A stretch of DNA of 64,000 nt from Thermodesulfobacteriota bacterium. GTDB lineage: Bacteria; Desulfobacterota; Desulfarculia; JACQYL01. The stretch lies in assembly GCA_963675595.2 (NCBI GenBank), contig CAXXLZ010000002.1, forward strand, positions 1,440,001 through 1,504,000. The letters are read 5' to 3'. Under the pieces are notes generated by a model. The model made no database searches, had not been told where the DNA came from, and saw only the letters and a program-made list of their open reading frames with translations. This document shows positions 43,701 to 54,610 of this stretch, piece by piece. The stretch's first letter is position 1. Each line of letters starts with the position of its first letter. The position numbers and the translations under genes were made by a program.

Positions 43701-44482
43701 CGATCTGCCGTTTCCACTCGGAAGAGTAATAGACCTTGCCGGTGGCCAGGTCCCAATCCCACAAGCCGACATTTCCCGCTCCAACCGCGGCCTCTTGCTT
43801 CACGAGAGCTTCTCGGAGCGCCTCCTCCGCCCGCTTGCGATCGGACACATCACTCACGGTGAGGAACAAAGCGGGTTGCGTGTCCGAAGCTTGAGAGTTC
43901 AGCTCCTCCCCCGGGGACGCGTCCAGTTGCGCCCAAAGGGGTCGGCCGTCGGAGAGAAGCTCCGCCTCGAGTCGTCGTCCCATTGGTTTGGCGAAGAGTC
44001 TGTCGTAATCCGTCTGAAAAGAGACTCGATGGGCTTCCCCGAGAAAGGCGAGGAAGGAGTGACCTCGCACGCGATCGATGGATTGTCGGACTAGTTTGCA
44101 GAAGGTTTCATTGGCCTCTTGAATCACACAGGCCCGGTCGAGAACCACATACCCCACGGGGGCGCGATTAAACAAAGCGGCGAAGCGGTCCCGCGACTCT
44201 TTCAGGTCGTCCCGGACACGTCGCAGCTCCTCGTTTCGAAGTTCCAACACGGTCCGGTGCACCTTGAGCTCGTTAAGCAGCTTGTCGGCGTCGATGGAAT
44301 AGTCCTCAGGCCTTACTCCGCGGTCCCTCTCCCGGGTCATGCCGTTGTCCTTGTCATCGTCAAAGTGGAAAACACGTCATTCCTTTGCGAATTTGTCGAG
44401 GAAGCATGTCGCCCTTGAGCCTTGCGGCTAAGGACAGGCCCTGGTGCGGTGTTTGGCCGAGGACGTTCCAAGTGCGGTGCGT

Positions 44483-47400
44483 TCAGTCCGCCTCCAACAC
44501 CTCCCTGACCTTGGCGGCCAGCGCACGGACGGAAAAGGGTTTCTGGATAAAGTTCAGGCTTTCGTCGAACATGCCCCCTTCACCATCCGCATTCTCCGAG
44601 TAACCCGACATGTAGAGCACCTTGATGCCGGGATAACGACTTAGAATCCGCGCAGATAGATCTCTTCCGCTCATCTCGGGCATGACCACGTCCGTGAGAA
44701 GTAGGTGAATTCGTCCTTCGTGACGCTCCGGAATCGTCAATGCCTCCATACCGTTGCTCGCCGTGAGCACCTCGTAGCCTTGACGATCGAGAATGGCGCG
44801 AGCGAGATTTCTCATCTGTTCGTTGTCTTCCACAAGCAGAATCGTCTCGGAGCCTTTGGCATCCGCAGACCCGGAAGAATGGCTTATCGGCTGTTCATCG
44901 TTGGTGTGAGATGCCGGCAGGCAAACTCTGAATGTTGATCCCTCTCCGGGCTTGCTCTCAACTCGGATATAGCCGCCATGCTGTTTGACGATGCCGTAGC
45001 AGATCGCCAATCCCAGTCCCGTGCCTTTGCCCACCTCTTTGGTGGTGAAAAACGGTTCAAAAAGGCGCTCCATCACGTCGGCATCCATTCCGGACCCCGT
45101 GTCGACCACGTTCAGCCCGACATAGCCTCCCGGCTCGACCTTCTCCCGAGACTCATCACGGCCTTCCTCCGAACGGCATACCACGGTCTCCACGGTCAGC
45201 ACTCCCCCGTCGGGCATGGCGTCCTGAGCATTGACCGCAAGGTTCATGATGACCTGTTCGAGTCGGCCGACATCTCCTCGAATGAAGGGTACGGACGGAG
45301 CCAATTGGAAATGGATGGCAATGTCTTCCCGAATCGTACGCCTGAGCAGTTTTTCGAACCCTTTGACCACCCTGTTTAAATCCACGGGTTTGAATTCAAG
45401 GGTCTGTTTTCGGCTGAAGGCTAGAAGGCGTTGCACCAAATCCCTGGCCCTCAGCCCGGCATTCAATATCTCTTGGGTGAACCCTCGGTTCTTGTCTTCC
45501 CCGCCCAAATCATCGAGAAGCATCTCCGCATACCCGATAATCGGAGCCAACAGATTGTTCAAATCGTGGGCCACGCCGCCGGCCAGTCTGCCCACTGATT
45601 CCATCTTCTGCGCCTGGCTCAACTGCAATTGAAGTCTCTCCCGTTCCTCCTCCGCCCGCCTTTTCTCCGTGATGTCCGTTATGAATCCTTCCAGAAACAA
45701 TAATTGACCTGCTTCCGAGAATACACCTTGCCCTCGTTCCCAAACCCAGCGGGTTTCCCCGTCTTTCGTGACGATAATATATTCATCCTGAAACAACCCT
45801 TTTTCTTCCAGAACTCTTTGCCATTGAGTCCACTTCGTCCGTGACCACATGAGTCCGGCAATCCAGCAGGACGGGGCTCCCATCCGACTGGAAATTGACG
45901 ACTTCGCCCCTCCATTCACCGTTCCGCAGGGTCTCTTGGATGATCATTTCCTGCGTGGCGCCCACTTCGGGGTCATCCCCGTAGACCGAGACGTGTTGCC
46001 CGATGATCTTGTCGCGAGGAACGCCCTGTATCCGACACCCGGCGTCGTTCACGTAGGTAATGCGCCCCTGAAGATCGGTTACCGTGACCAAGTCCTGAAT
46101 CTGGTCGAGCACGCGGGCCTGGAAGCGCAGCCGCTCTTCCGCCCGTTTCCGTTCGGAAATGTCCCGTGTAATGGCGATGATGTGAGGTACGTTCTTTATG
46201 TGGATAATCCTGGCCGACATCAGTGCATTGGACGGGCTGCCGTCCTTTCTGCGAAACAACGCCTCGAAATTCTGGCAGACGCCGTCTTCCTTTAATCTCC
46301 GAATCAGCTCTTCCCGATCGGCAAGATTATCCCAGATATGGATTTCCGGGGCACTTTTTCCGATCACTTCTTCACGCGTGAAACCGGTTGAACGTGTGAA
46401 GCCGTCGTTGATTTCCTGGAAAATCCCATTGTCCAGGCGATTGATGCTGATAGCGTCGGGACCGGCGTCGAAGGTCAGCCTGAATCTTTCCTCACTTTCC
46501 TTCAGCGCCTCTTCCGTCAGCTTTTGATCGGTCACGTCCCGGGCAATCCCCACATAGGCGATCCGGCCGGATTCGTCACGAAGCGGTGAGCCGGTGGATA
46601 CGTGAAAACGCCAAGAACCGTCTACCCGTCGCACACGATATTCGGCGTTGACTTGCCTTTCACCAGTGCTCAGAACCTTTTCCAAGAACCCGCGACATAC
46701 CGGAACGTCTTCAGGATGGACGTAGGCCTCAAAGGAACGGCCCATGGCCTTTTCGGCGGGCTCGCCCATGAAATCGAGCCACTTGGGCGAGACATAGGTA
46801 AAAACCCCGTCGGAGTTCAGTGCGTAGACGATTTCACCGGCGTTCTCCACAAAGGACCGAAAACGATGTTCGTTCTCCCGAAGCTTCGCCTCCGCTCGCC
46901 TGCGTTCCGTGATATCCCTGGAAAAGGCCACGATTTTGCCTTGATCCGATAGGTAGTTTGCACAGACCTCCACGTCGAGGATATCACCGTCTTTGCGACG
47001 GTGACGAGTTTCGAATCGACAGTAGCCGGGACGCACCACCTCCAGTATATGCCGGATCGTTTGTCCCTCTCCTTCGGGCGCCTCAATATCCTCTATCCTC
47101 ATGCCGAACATTTCTTCCCGGGAATAACCCAGCATGTCGGCAAAGGCCTGGTTGACCTCCAGGAAGCGGCCCTCCTGATCCATCACCCAGAATCCGTCCG
47201 CCGTGGTCCGGATGATCGAACGACATTCCGCCTCGCGTTCCGCACGGGCCGCCGCCTCAATCTCAAGCCGCTCGTTCAGTCTGCGCAGTTCCATCAGGTC
47301 CAGAAAACGCGCCCGGGCAACGGTAATCGCCCGGTCCAACTCGCGCACATCGGGAGGCTTAACCAAGAAGGCTCCAACACCGGCCCGCGTTGCATCGTCC

Positions 47401-47678
47401 ACGAACTCCGGAGAATCGTAGGCCGTAAGCACGACAACGGGAGTCGGCCGCACGTTCTGGATGGCACGCGCCGCGTCGAAGCCGTTCATAATCGGTAACT
47501 GCAGATCGAGAAGCACAACGTCCGGAGTCAGGCTTTCCACCATGGCCACGGCCTCTTTTCCGTCTCGGGCAATGCCGGCCACGGCATATCCGCGCGCCTC
47601 CAGCATCTTCCGGACCATCCCCGCCGTCAGGACCTCGTCCTCAACGATCAGAACACGTACTTTCTCGTTGCCGGGCAT
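44483..47678 (-). pseudogene. REC-multiPAS hybrid histidine kinase broken by an internal deletion/frameshift near 45830
   Basis: frame 1 stops mid-PAS after CRTHVVTDE; frame 2 resumes mid-way in a different PAS (WTQWQRVLEEKGLFQDEY) and continues to AHDLNNLL, HATPase and REC. Confidence 0.82.
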
Positions 47679-47962
47679 TGCGTCCTTTCACTGTATCCGG
47701 TTAGTCGTCATATCCGATCAGCCCGAAGCGAACCGCGCCACGACGTCATCTTCCGTCTCGTTCCCGCGCTCCGGTCCGTTCATATCAGCTATAGGGCGAT
47801 CCTGGGGTAAGACCGGCACGGAGCGTCATTCCTCGGTATACGACTCAATCGCCGGCCGATCGACCGTTTTCCCGAAACATTTCATCTCCCGAAAACAAAG
47901 AAGTACCCGCCGGTTTCATCTTCACGATCCGCGATTCCACACGTCCCTGCCCGTCCGCGAAG

Positions 47963-50900
47963 TCATCGAGCACCCGCCTTGGATTCCATCATTTCCTTCA
48001 AATCGGCGAATTGACCTTCCAGCTCGGTCAAACGGGCAGCAGCAGCGTCCAGGTTGCCGGACTTGGCGTCCCGCTCCATGTCGAAGGCCACTTTTCGAAG
48101 TCTTTCACCCCCCACGCCGGCGGACGCCCCCTTGATGCTGTGAGCCTGACGTTCGGACGTGGAGGCGTCTCCACGCTCGAGGGACTCCCTCAGAGCTTTT
48201 ATGAGCCCGGGAATGTCTTCCAAGAAAGCCTCACTCACGGTCTTGAAAAGGTCCTCGTCGCCCATTAACCGCTTCAGCGCACCATCGCGATCGAAAATGG
48301 GCTCGCCTTCTTCAACCGTTTTGATCTCTTCGGTCTTCTCTTCCTCTCCTTTCTCGAGTTCCTTTCCGAGCCATTTCCGGAGCTTGCGTGCCAGCTCCTC
48401 CGAGGTAATCGGTTTGGCGAGATAATCGTCCATGCCCGCCTCCAGACACCTTTCCCGGTCGCCTTTCAACGCCCGAGCGGTCATGGCGATAATCGGGATA
48501 GCGTGATTGGGAATCGCGGACCGGGGATCACGGATTTTGCCGGTGGCCTCGAATCCGTCCATCACGGGCATTTGCACATCCATCAACACAAGGTCGTATT
48601 CCTTGCTTTGCAGGGCTCGAAGCGCTTCGGCGCCATCGCCGACGGCGTCCGCGCGGATCCCGAACTTCTTCAGAATGCCCAAGGCCACCTGTTGATTGGT
48701 CTTATTATCTTCAGCAAGCAGAATCCGCTTGTCCCCGCCGATTAAGAAACGGTCCGTTTCTCGTCCCGAGCGGACCGACCCAACATGATCACGTTGCATC
48801 TCCACGGCACCCCGGTCCGCCAGGACCTGGGACAGAACGGTGAGCAATTCCGCGTGCCTGGCGGGTTTGGTCAGACAAGCGGCAAACTTCGATTTCCCCG
48901 AACCGGACCTACTTCTCCGAGTTCCCAGAGAAGTGAGCATTATCATGCGCGTACCGGACAATCGGTCATCCCTTTTCACGATACCGGCCAACTCCTCGCC
49001 GTCCATACCGGGCATCTCCATGTCCACGACGGCGAGCTTGAAAGGATTTCCTTCGCTCGCAGCCCGCGCCAGAGCCTCGAGCGCCGACGGACCGTTTTCC
49101 GCAGCTGTCGGATGCATTCCCCAAGAGGTCAGTTTCGTGGACAGGATTTCCCTGTTGGCGGCATTGTCGTCCACGACGAGCACTCTCACGTTCTTGAGAT
49201 CCGCGGGTGGATGAGATTCCTCATGCATCCCTTCGGGCTGCTTGATCAAACGGGCGGTGAAGCGAAACTCGGACCCCCGACCTTCTCGGCTCGTAACGTT
49301 GATCTCCCCCCCCATCATTTGAGTCAGTTGTTTGGAAATGGCCAAACCCAGCCCCGTGCCTTCAAAGCGCCGGGTCGTGGAGGAATCTATCTGAGAGAAC
49401 TTGGTGAAAAGCAGGTCGAGCTTGTTCTTGGGAATACCGATACCCGTATCACGGACCGAAAATCGCAGTAAGGCCCCGTCGTAGTCTTGGGATTCCACCG
49501 AAACGCGTACGGACACTTCGCCGCTTTGGGTAAACTTCACGGCGTTCCCGGCCAGATTGGTCAGAATCTGTCGAAGCCTGCCGGGATCGCCTCGTAAGTA
49601 CAAAGGAACATCGGGGTCCACCTTGTTCAGCCACTCCAGCCCCTTTTCCTGAGCACGTAAGGCCATGCCGGCGGAGAAGTCCTCCAACAGATCCCGTAAA
49701 TTGAAATCCACCACTTCCAGGTTCAGTTTTCCGGCCTCGATTTTGGAGAAGTCCAAAATGTCGTTGATCACGGCGAGCAGCGACTCCCCACTGGTCCGAA
49801 CGGCCTCGGCGTAACGCCGTTGTTCCGGGGTCAACTCCGTGTCCAACAGCAGGTCCGTCATACCGATGACTCCGTTCATGGGAGTACGGATCTCGTGGCT
49901 CATGTTCGCGAGGAATTCACTTTTAGCGGCGGAGGCCAATTCCGCCTGAAACGCCATTTCATTGGTTTGTGCGATGGCCTGCTCAAGAGCCAGATTGGTG
50001 TTCTCCAACTCCTCCTTCGAACGAACCAGTTCCAGCTCATTGAGTTTGCGCGCTGTAATATCCGTAACAGCCATCAGCACCTGCCTGGAATCGTCAAGTT
50101 CCACAGGCGTCGCGCTGAGTGAAAAATGCAACTCCTTCTCTTCGCCGTCGACCAGAACATGCATGGGGGCCTCGACGCCGCAGATCGTCTCACCGGTGTC
50201 CAAAACACGTGCAAAAGTCCGTCGAACGGGGCACTCGAGGCACGCCTTCGAATAGCCGCATCCTTCGGGGACTCTCTCGGCATTGATGCAGCTCAGTATG
50301 TGTCCGGGTGGACGATGAAGCAGTTGGGCCGTCTCCTTTCCGATAATTTGGACAACCACTTGGTTGACCCGTGTCACTTTGGCATCGGCGTCGATCAGGA
50401 GCATCCCGACTTGGGCCGCCTCGAAAATGGCCTGAAGATTCGACCGTTCCTTCAATAGTGACTCACGCTGAGCCAGGAGCTCGGCTTCGGCCTTCTTACG
50501 ACTGGTGATATCGGAGACCACGCCTATAATACCCATTATATTACCATAATCATCCAGGACCGTTGCTTTGTTCAAAATAACGTTCTTATGCGTCCCATCC
50601 TTGGAAATAATTTCAGTTTCGTATTGTTGCCTTCCAGGCTCTCCTACAATCGCCTCATCCATCTTGAAATATTCATCGGCGATAGCCTTAACATTCAAGT
50701 CATATACCGTCTTACCTATGATTTCGGTTCGACGTCGACCTGTAAGCTCCTCGAATGACTTGTTACATCCGACATATTTGCCTTGTTTATCCTTATAGAA
50801 TACCGGACTTGGTATGGTTTCCATCAGCGTCTGAAGGACATCCAACTGGTCGCGCAACGCTTCCTCGGAACGCTTTCGTTCTATGATTTCCCACGTTACA

Positions 50901-51904
50901 TCAGCGAGATACGAAACCAGGGACGCATCTTCCGGGCCGTAGTCCGTCCGTTTGTTGCCGACGGCCAGGACCGCAACCACCTTTTCCTTCCGTATGACGG
51001 GCACGACCAGCTCACGAAGAATTTCGGGATGATCACCGGGATTTCCCCATTTGCTCCCCGGAGCTCGATAGTCATTTCGAATCACCGGCTTGCGCTCATG
51101 CACACACTCAGCCCGCAGGCCCGCTTGGTCGATATCATAGTGCAACCCTCTTTCTTCCGTCCTACACATCCGTTCAGGGGTCGCGGTGGACCACTGCTGC
51201 AAGGAGAGGGTCTTTTCGTCAACGGCCACGAAGTGAAAAAAACCGATGGGGCTTTCCACCAGCTCACAGGTACGGTCCAATGCTTCGGTCAGCAGTTCTT
51301 CGGCCGAGTGACCATCGGCGAACTCGATCAAATCGAGGCGCATTTGGTGCATGCGCTCGCACCGTGGGCTTTCGCTGAAATCGTGGATTGCCAGTATCAA
51401 AGCGAACAGAGGTTCCTGATCCGTCGTTACGGTTTGCCTCGACGAGACGACCTCCAAGCGAACCCGCCGCAGATGCTCCCCGGATACGAGCTCCACCTCC
51501 CAACACTTGCCGGGAGGTTGCGTAAGAGGAGACCGGCATTCGTTTCGGAATATCTCTTGCTGTTGTTCTTTTAGGAACGAGGAGAAGGGTCGGCCCTCCA
51601 CCCTTTCCATGGGAAGCCCGACCATTTTGACGAAGGCTGCATTGGTTTCCAGGATCAGACCGGCTTGATCGAGAATCACGTACCCCACCGGGGTGTGGTG
51701 AAAAACGACGTAAAACGGATCCCGCGATTCCATGAGGATTTCGCGGACGCGGCGCGATGCCTCTTTCCGGACCTCAAGTTCATCCCCACAAACTCGAAAT
51801 CCGTGAAGAGATCGTTCGGAATCCCGCTCGTCCGGATGGACACGGTCTTCCTTGCCCGTGTCGCCCCGGTTGTTCTTAAAACCCTCTTCAGATATCTTCT
51901 TCAC
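47963..51904 (-). CDS. unorthodox hybrid kinase (PAS-GAF-PAS-PAS-HisKA-HATPase-REC-REC-Hpt), BarA/GacS-like core
   Basis: [40 protein letters not shown], two RECs, Hpt AHSIKGAS. Confidence 0.93.
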   Translation of the reverse strand: MKKISEEGFKNNRGDTGKEDRVHPDERDSERSLHGFRVCGDELEVRKEASRRVREILMESRDPFYVVFHHTPVGYVILDQAGLILETNAAFVKMVGLPMERVEGRPFSSFLKEQQQEIFRNECRSPLTQPPGKCWEVELVSGEHLRRVRLEVVSSRQTVTTDQEPLFALILAIHDFSESPRCERMHQMRLDLIEFADGHSAEELLTEALDRTCELVESPIGFFHFVAVDEKTLSLQQWSTATPERMCRTEERGLHYDIDQAGLRAECVHERKPVIRNDYRAPGSKWGNPGDHPEILRELVVPVIRKEKVVAVLAVGNKRTDYGPEDASLVSYLADVTWEIIERKRSEEALRDQLDVLQTLMETIPSPVFYKDKQGKYVGCNKSFEELTGRRRTEIIGKTVYDLNVKAIADEYFKMDEAIVGEPGRQQYETEIISKDGTHKNVILNKATVLDDYGNIMGIIGVVSDITSRKKAEAELLAQRESLLKERSNLQAIFEAAQVGMLLIDADAKVTRVNQVVVQIIGKETAQLLHRPPGHILSCINAERVPEGCGYSKACLECPVRRTFARVLDTGETICGVEAPMHVLVDGEEKELHFSLSATPVELDDSRQVLMAVTDITARKLNELELVRSKEELENTNLALEQAIAQTNEMAFQAELASAAKSEFLANMSHEIRTPMNGVIGMTDLLLDTELTPEQRRYAEAVRTSGESLLAVINDILDFSKIEAGKLNLEVVDFNLRDLLEDFSAGMALRAQEKGLEWLNKVDPDVPLYLRGDPGRLRQILTNLAGNAVKFTQSGEVSVRVSVESQDYDGALLRFSVRDTGIGIPKNKLDLLFTKFSQIDSSTTRRFEGTGLGLAISKQLTQMMGGEINVTSREGRGSEFRFTARLIKQPEGMHEESHPPADLKNVRVLVVDDNAANREILSTKLTSWGMHPTAAENGPSALEALARAASEGNPFKLAVVDMEMPGMDGEELAGIVKRDDRLSGTRMIMLTSLGTRRSRSGSGKSKFAACLTKPARHAELLTVLSQVLADRGAVEMQRDHVGSVRSGRETDRFLIGGDKRILLAEDNKTNQQVALGILKKFGIRADAVGDGAEALRALQSKEYDLVLMDVQMPVMDGFEATGKIRDPRSAIPNHAIPIIAMTARALKGDRERCLEAGMDDYLAKPITSEELARKLRKWLGKELEKGEEEKTEEIKTVEEGEPIFDRDGALKRLMGDEDLFKTVSEAFLEDIPGLIKALRESLERGDASTSERQAHSIKGASAGVGGERLRKVAFDMERDAKSGNLDAAAARLTELEGQFADLKEMMESKAGAR

Positions 51905-52117
51905 GCCGCCCCCTTTGTCGGTCCCGGACGAACCCGGATCCTGGACGAGCCGTCGGCATACGGCATTTTACGGACCGGCAGTCTTTTCGGCCTTCTTTGG
52001 CCACAATCTGCTTCCCCGTACGAACAACCCGCGGCCATCGCAGCCGAACGGGTGTGAGACGGTTCGTGCGCCGCGAACGGCACGCCGGTTCCGGCATTCC
52101 TTTCCAAATAGCATAGG

Positions 52118-52134
52118 TGCAAACCTTGGGCCAA
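52118..52134 (-). promoter_or_regulatory. putative sigma54 promoter for the 51.9-38.2 kb kinase cluster
   Basis: minus strand TTGGCCCAAGGTTTGCA (TGGC-N-TTGCA, GG-N10-GC), about 215 bp upstream of the start at 51904. Confidence 0.55.
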
Positions 52135-52612
52135 CTAGTGACTGCTTCTTCATTTGCCGTTTTCAGCCGCGCGGGCACACTCAACCGCTTACATGTCGAA
52201 GAACCGGCGACATATCACCTCGGACGATAACGGCCATCCGACGGATTCATCACTTCGTTCAGGCGGTTTCCGATGGAAGCACACATGAAGCGGTGAGTGT
52301 CTCGCCTCAGTGCGGCATCTTTCCGCGCAGGATCGCCGATCCGGTCGGATCCGTCCAATACCCGGTCCCCAAGACGACCGGTGTGTCTTTTCCCTGATCC
52401 GATTCGGTTCTTTTCGACCTCTCCTTCTAATTCACCTCTTTCGGGAAGATCAGGGCGATCTGAAGTCCCTCCTTCCCCTCATGCTTGCCGGAAGGCGTCT
52501 TCCTCGTCCGCTCATCAGCCCACTTCACACGTTGACACCGTTGGGCTCGTCGGATTAGCCGGTTCGGATACGCGGCGTCCTTTCCGCAGCCGGTTGTGTG
52601 AGCTATTTTTTC

Positions 52613-52640
52613 GGTCACAAAAAGAATCTGCATTCGTCTA
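52613..52640 (+). promoter_or_regulatory. putative ECF-type (autoregulatory) promoter
   Basis: GGTCACA-N15-CGTCTA just upstream of the ECF sigma gene. Confidence 0.45.
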
Positions 52641-52673
52641 AATAGGAAACTGCAACCGCAAACGTCACCAAAG

Positions 52674-53528
52674 ATGGAGAAATCAAACATGGGTTCCGAC
52701 CTCAACCAATTCGTACGAGCGGCCAAGAACGGCGACAGGCGGGCATTGGAGACCATCGTCGCTCAGGTCCAGGACAGAGTCTTCGGCATGGCTCTGCGTA
52801 TGTTGGGACAACCGGCCGATGCGGAGGATGAAACCCAGGAGATTCTCATTAAAATGATCACCCACTTGAGCGACTTCCGAGAAGAAAGCGCTTTCACCTC
52901 ATGGGTCTACCGAATCGCCTGCAATCATCTTCTGAGCACACGGAGAAGAAACACCGAAAGGATGGGCGTGACCTTTGAACTCCTGGAAGAGCTGATCGCC
53001 GAAGCACCCACGGATGACCGTCTTTCTTCCTGTTCGGAGCCCGAGCGAGCGTTCTTTATGGAGGAAACCAAGCTCGACTGCCTCCAGGGCATGTTGACCT
53101 GTCTGGAGAAAGACCTTCGTATCGCGTTTATCCTGGGGGTTGTATTCGGCGTTACGAGTGAAGAAGGGGCCTATATCCTGGACATTAGTTCCGACGCGTT
53201 CCGAAAGAGGGTTTCCCGAGCCAGAGCGTCCCTACAGACATTCATGCTGAAAAACTGTGGGCTGGTCAATGAAAACAATGCCTGCCGGTGTGAGAAAAGA
53301 GCCGGCCGACATCCGAAACCGGGTGCGCATCAACTGAAACGCGCGGCGAGCAGGGAGGGAGGTGCGAAGAAAAGGAAGGAAGCCATGGTGCAACTCAAGG
53401 AGCTGAACGACATTGAACGCATCGCCGTGATGTTCCGAAGCTACCAAGATTATCGGTCGCCGGATTCGTTCGCGTATATTGTGAAAGATCTGATTGATTC
53501 AGGCAAATACGGAATCTTTATGAGGTAG
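52674..53528 (+). CDS. ECF RNA polymerase sigma factor with Cys-rich C-terminal extension
   Basis: region 2 DAEDETQE...FTSWVYRIACN; region 4 ...FRKRVSRAR; extension CGLVNENNACRC; alternative start 52689. Confidence 0.9.
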   Translation: MEKSNMGSDLNQFVRAAKNGDRRALETIVAQVQDRVFGMALRMLGQPADAEDETQEILIKMITHLSDFREESAFTSWVYRIACNHLLSTRRRNTERMGVTFELLEELIAEAPTDDRLSSCSEPERAFFMEETKLDCLQGMLTCLEKDLRIAFILGVVFGVTSEEGAYILDISSDAFRKRVSRARASLQTFMLKNCGLVNENNACRCEKRAGRHPKPGAHQLKRAASREGGAKKRKEAMVQLKELNDIERIAVMFRSYQDYRSPDSFAYIVKDLIDSGKYGIFMR

Positions 53529-53593
53529 TCGTTCAAAATCGCCGAATCGAGCTTTCTCGATTCCAATCTCACTTGCAGATAAGGAGAAGTCTA

Positions 53594-53878
53594 ATGGCCG
53601 ACGTCACGTATCCCAAAATTGGTCACAAAGTAACCGCAAAAGTACTCGACATGCAGAACAACTGCACCATCGGCATGAAACCCGGCGACGAGTTCGACCT
53701 CAGCATTCATCAGTGCGGCTCTTTTTGCGGATTGTTCTATCACAACATCCAGGGATGGATTTCGACGCTGCAATTCGGAGGCACATTTCCCATGGGCGAC
53801 AATCCCGACGTCCAAGTTTGGGACTGTCCAAATCCCATGAATCGCGTGAGAGTCGAACTACGCAGAACCAAAGAATAG
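53594..53878 (+). CDS. small Cys-containing protein, TIGR04076-like
   Basis: AAGGAG RBS; C-x2-G-x3-GDEF...FC...LQFGG.F...CPNP.NRV.VELRR pattern. Confidence 0.75.
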   Translation: MADVTYPKIGHKVTAKVLDMQNNCTIGMKPGDEFDLSIHQCGSFCGLFYHNIQGWISTLQFGGTFPMGDNPDVQVWDCPNPMNRVRVELRRTKE

Positions 53879-54610
53879 ACGCGCTCCGCGGCGCGAATTC
53901 CACCAACCGAATAGGGCCGACGATAGGGAAATCGGCCGCATTCAAAGGCCGTTAAGGGAAAGAGCCGGCAAGGGGCCAAGCCTCCCTCGATACCGGCGCT
54001 TTTCCCGGAGCGGCCTTTCTTCGCGCAGGATATCTCGATACGCAGTGCCGCTGCACACCTCCGACCTCCGTCTTCCGACGATGATTGTTGTTACTTTGAA
54101 GAGCGGCCCGAGCCCACTCTTTGCGATTCTTCGGAGGGCACTTCGAAAGCCCCACCTTTTTCCATAGGATCCGATACCCCCGCCCCCCTGAAAACGCAGT
54201 CGCCCCTACTTCTCTTCCCATGCGGCTCTCAACCATCCAAACCTTCGCCGGTAGGAGATATTGCGTCCCTAAGTTCGCTCTTCCACCGACACCGCGTCGT
54301 ATCCACTCCAAATGCGTCGCGGCGATAGAAGGTCGATAGGGAAACCTCCAGACATGAAGTGTAACCGCATCCGGCTTTGTGATATCTTTTGAGTCTACAC
54401 GGATTCTTCACATTGGGAAAAACGGATAGCGAAACAACGAAGTCTGAAGGGCCTACCCTTTCGGAAGCATCCTTCGTATTTCAATACCGTTTAATGGCGG
54501 TAAGCCGCGATGGATCATCAAAGATATCCATCGGATTGTCGAATATCCACTTTTTTTAATTGTAGATTCGTTTTCCGCAAACAGGTCCCTTCGTATCGGG
54601 AGCACGGTTG

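Larger units (their letters stand above)
38155..44340 (-). pseudogene. multi-PAS/GAF hybrid histidine kinase interrupted by an IS1634-family element
   Basis: 5' part ends ...[11 protein letters not shown], 3' part starts MDPTQIDQ; removing the IS and one TTTGA restores the frame L-W-S-V-K-M-D-P. Confidence 0.93.

Noticed and set aside
54157-54191. TTTTTCCATAGGATCCG...CCCCCCTGA resembles the ColE1/pUC origin junction
   Set aside because: needs a 9-nt insertion and the flanks show no ColE1 similarity; treated as chance, not a plasmid origin or vector contamination
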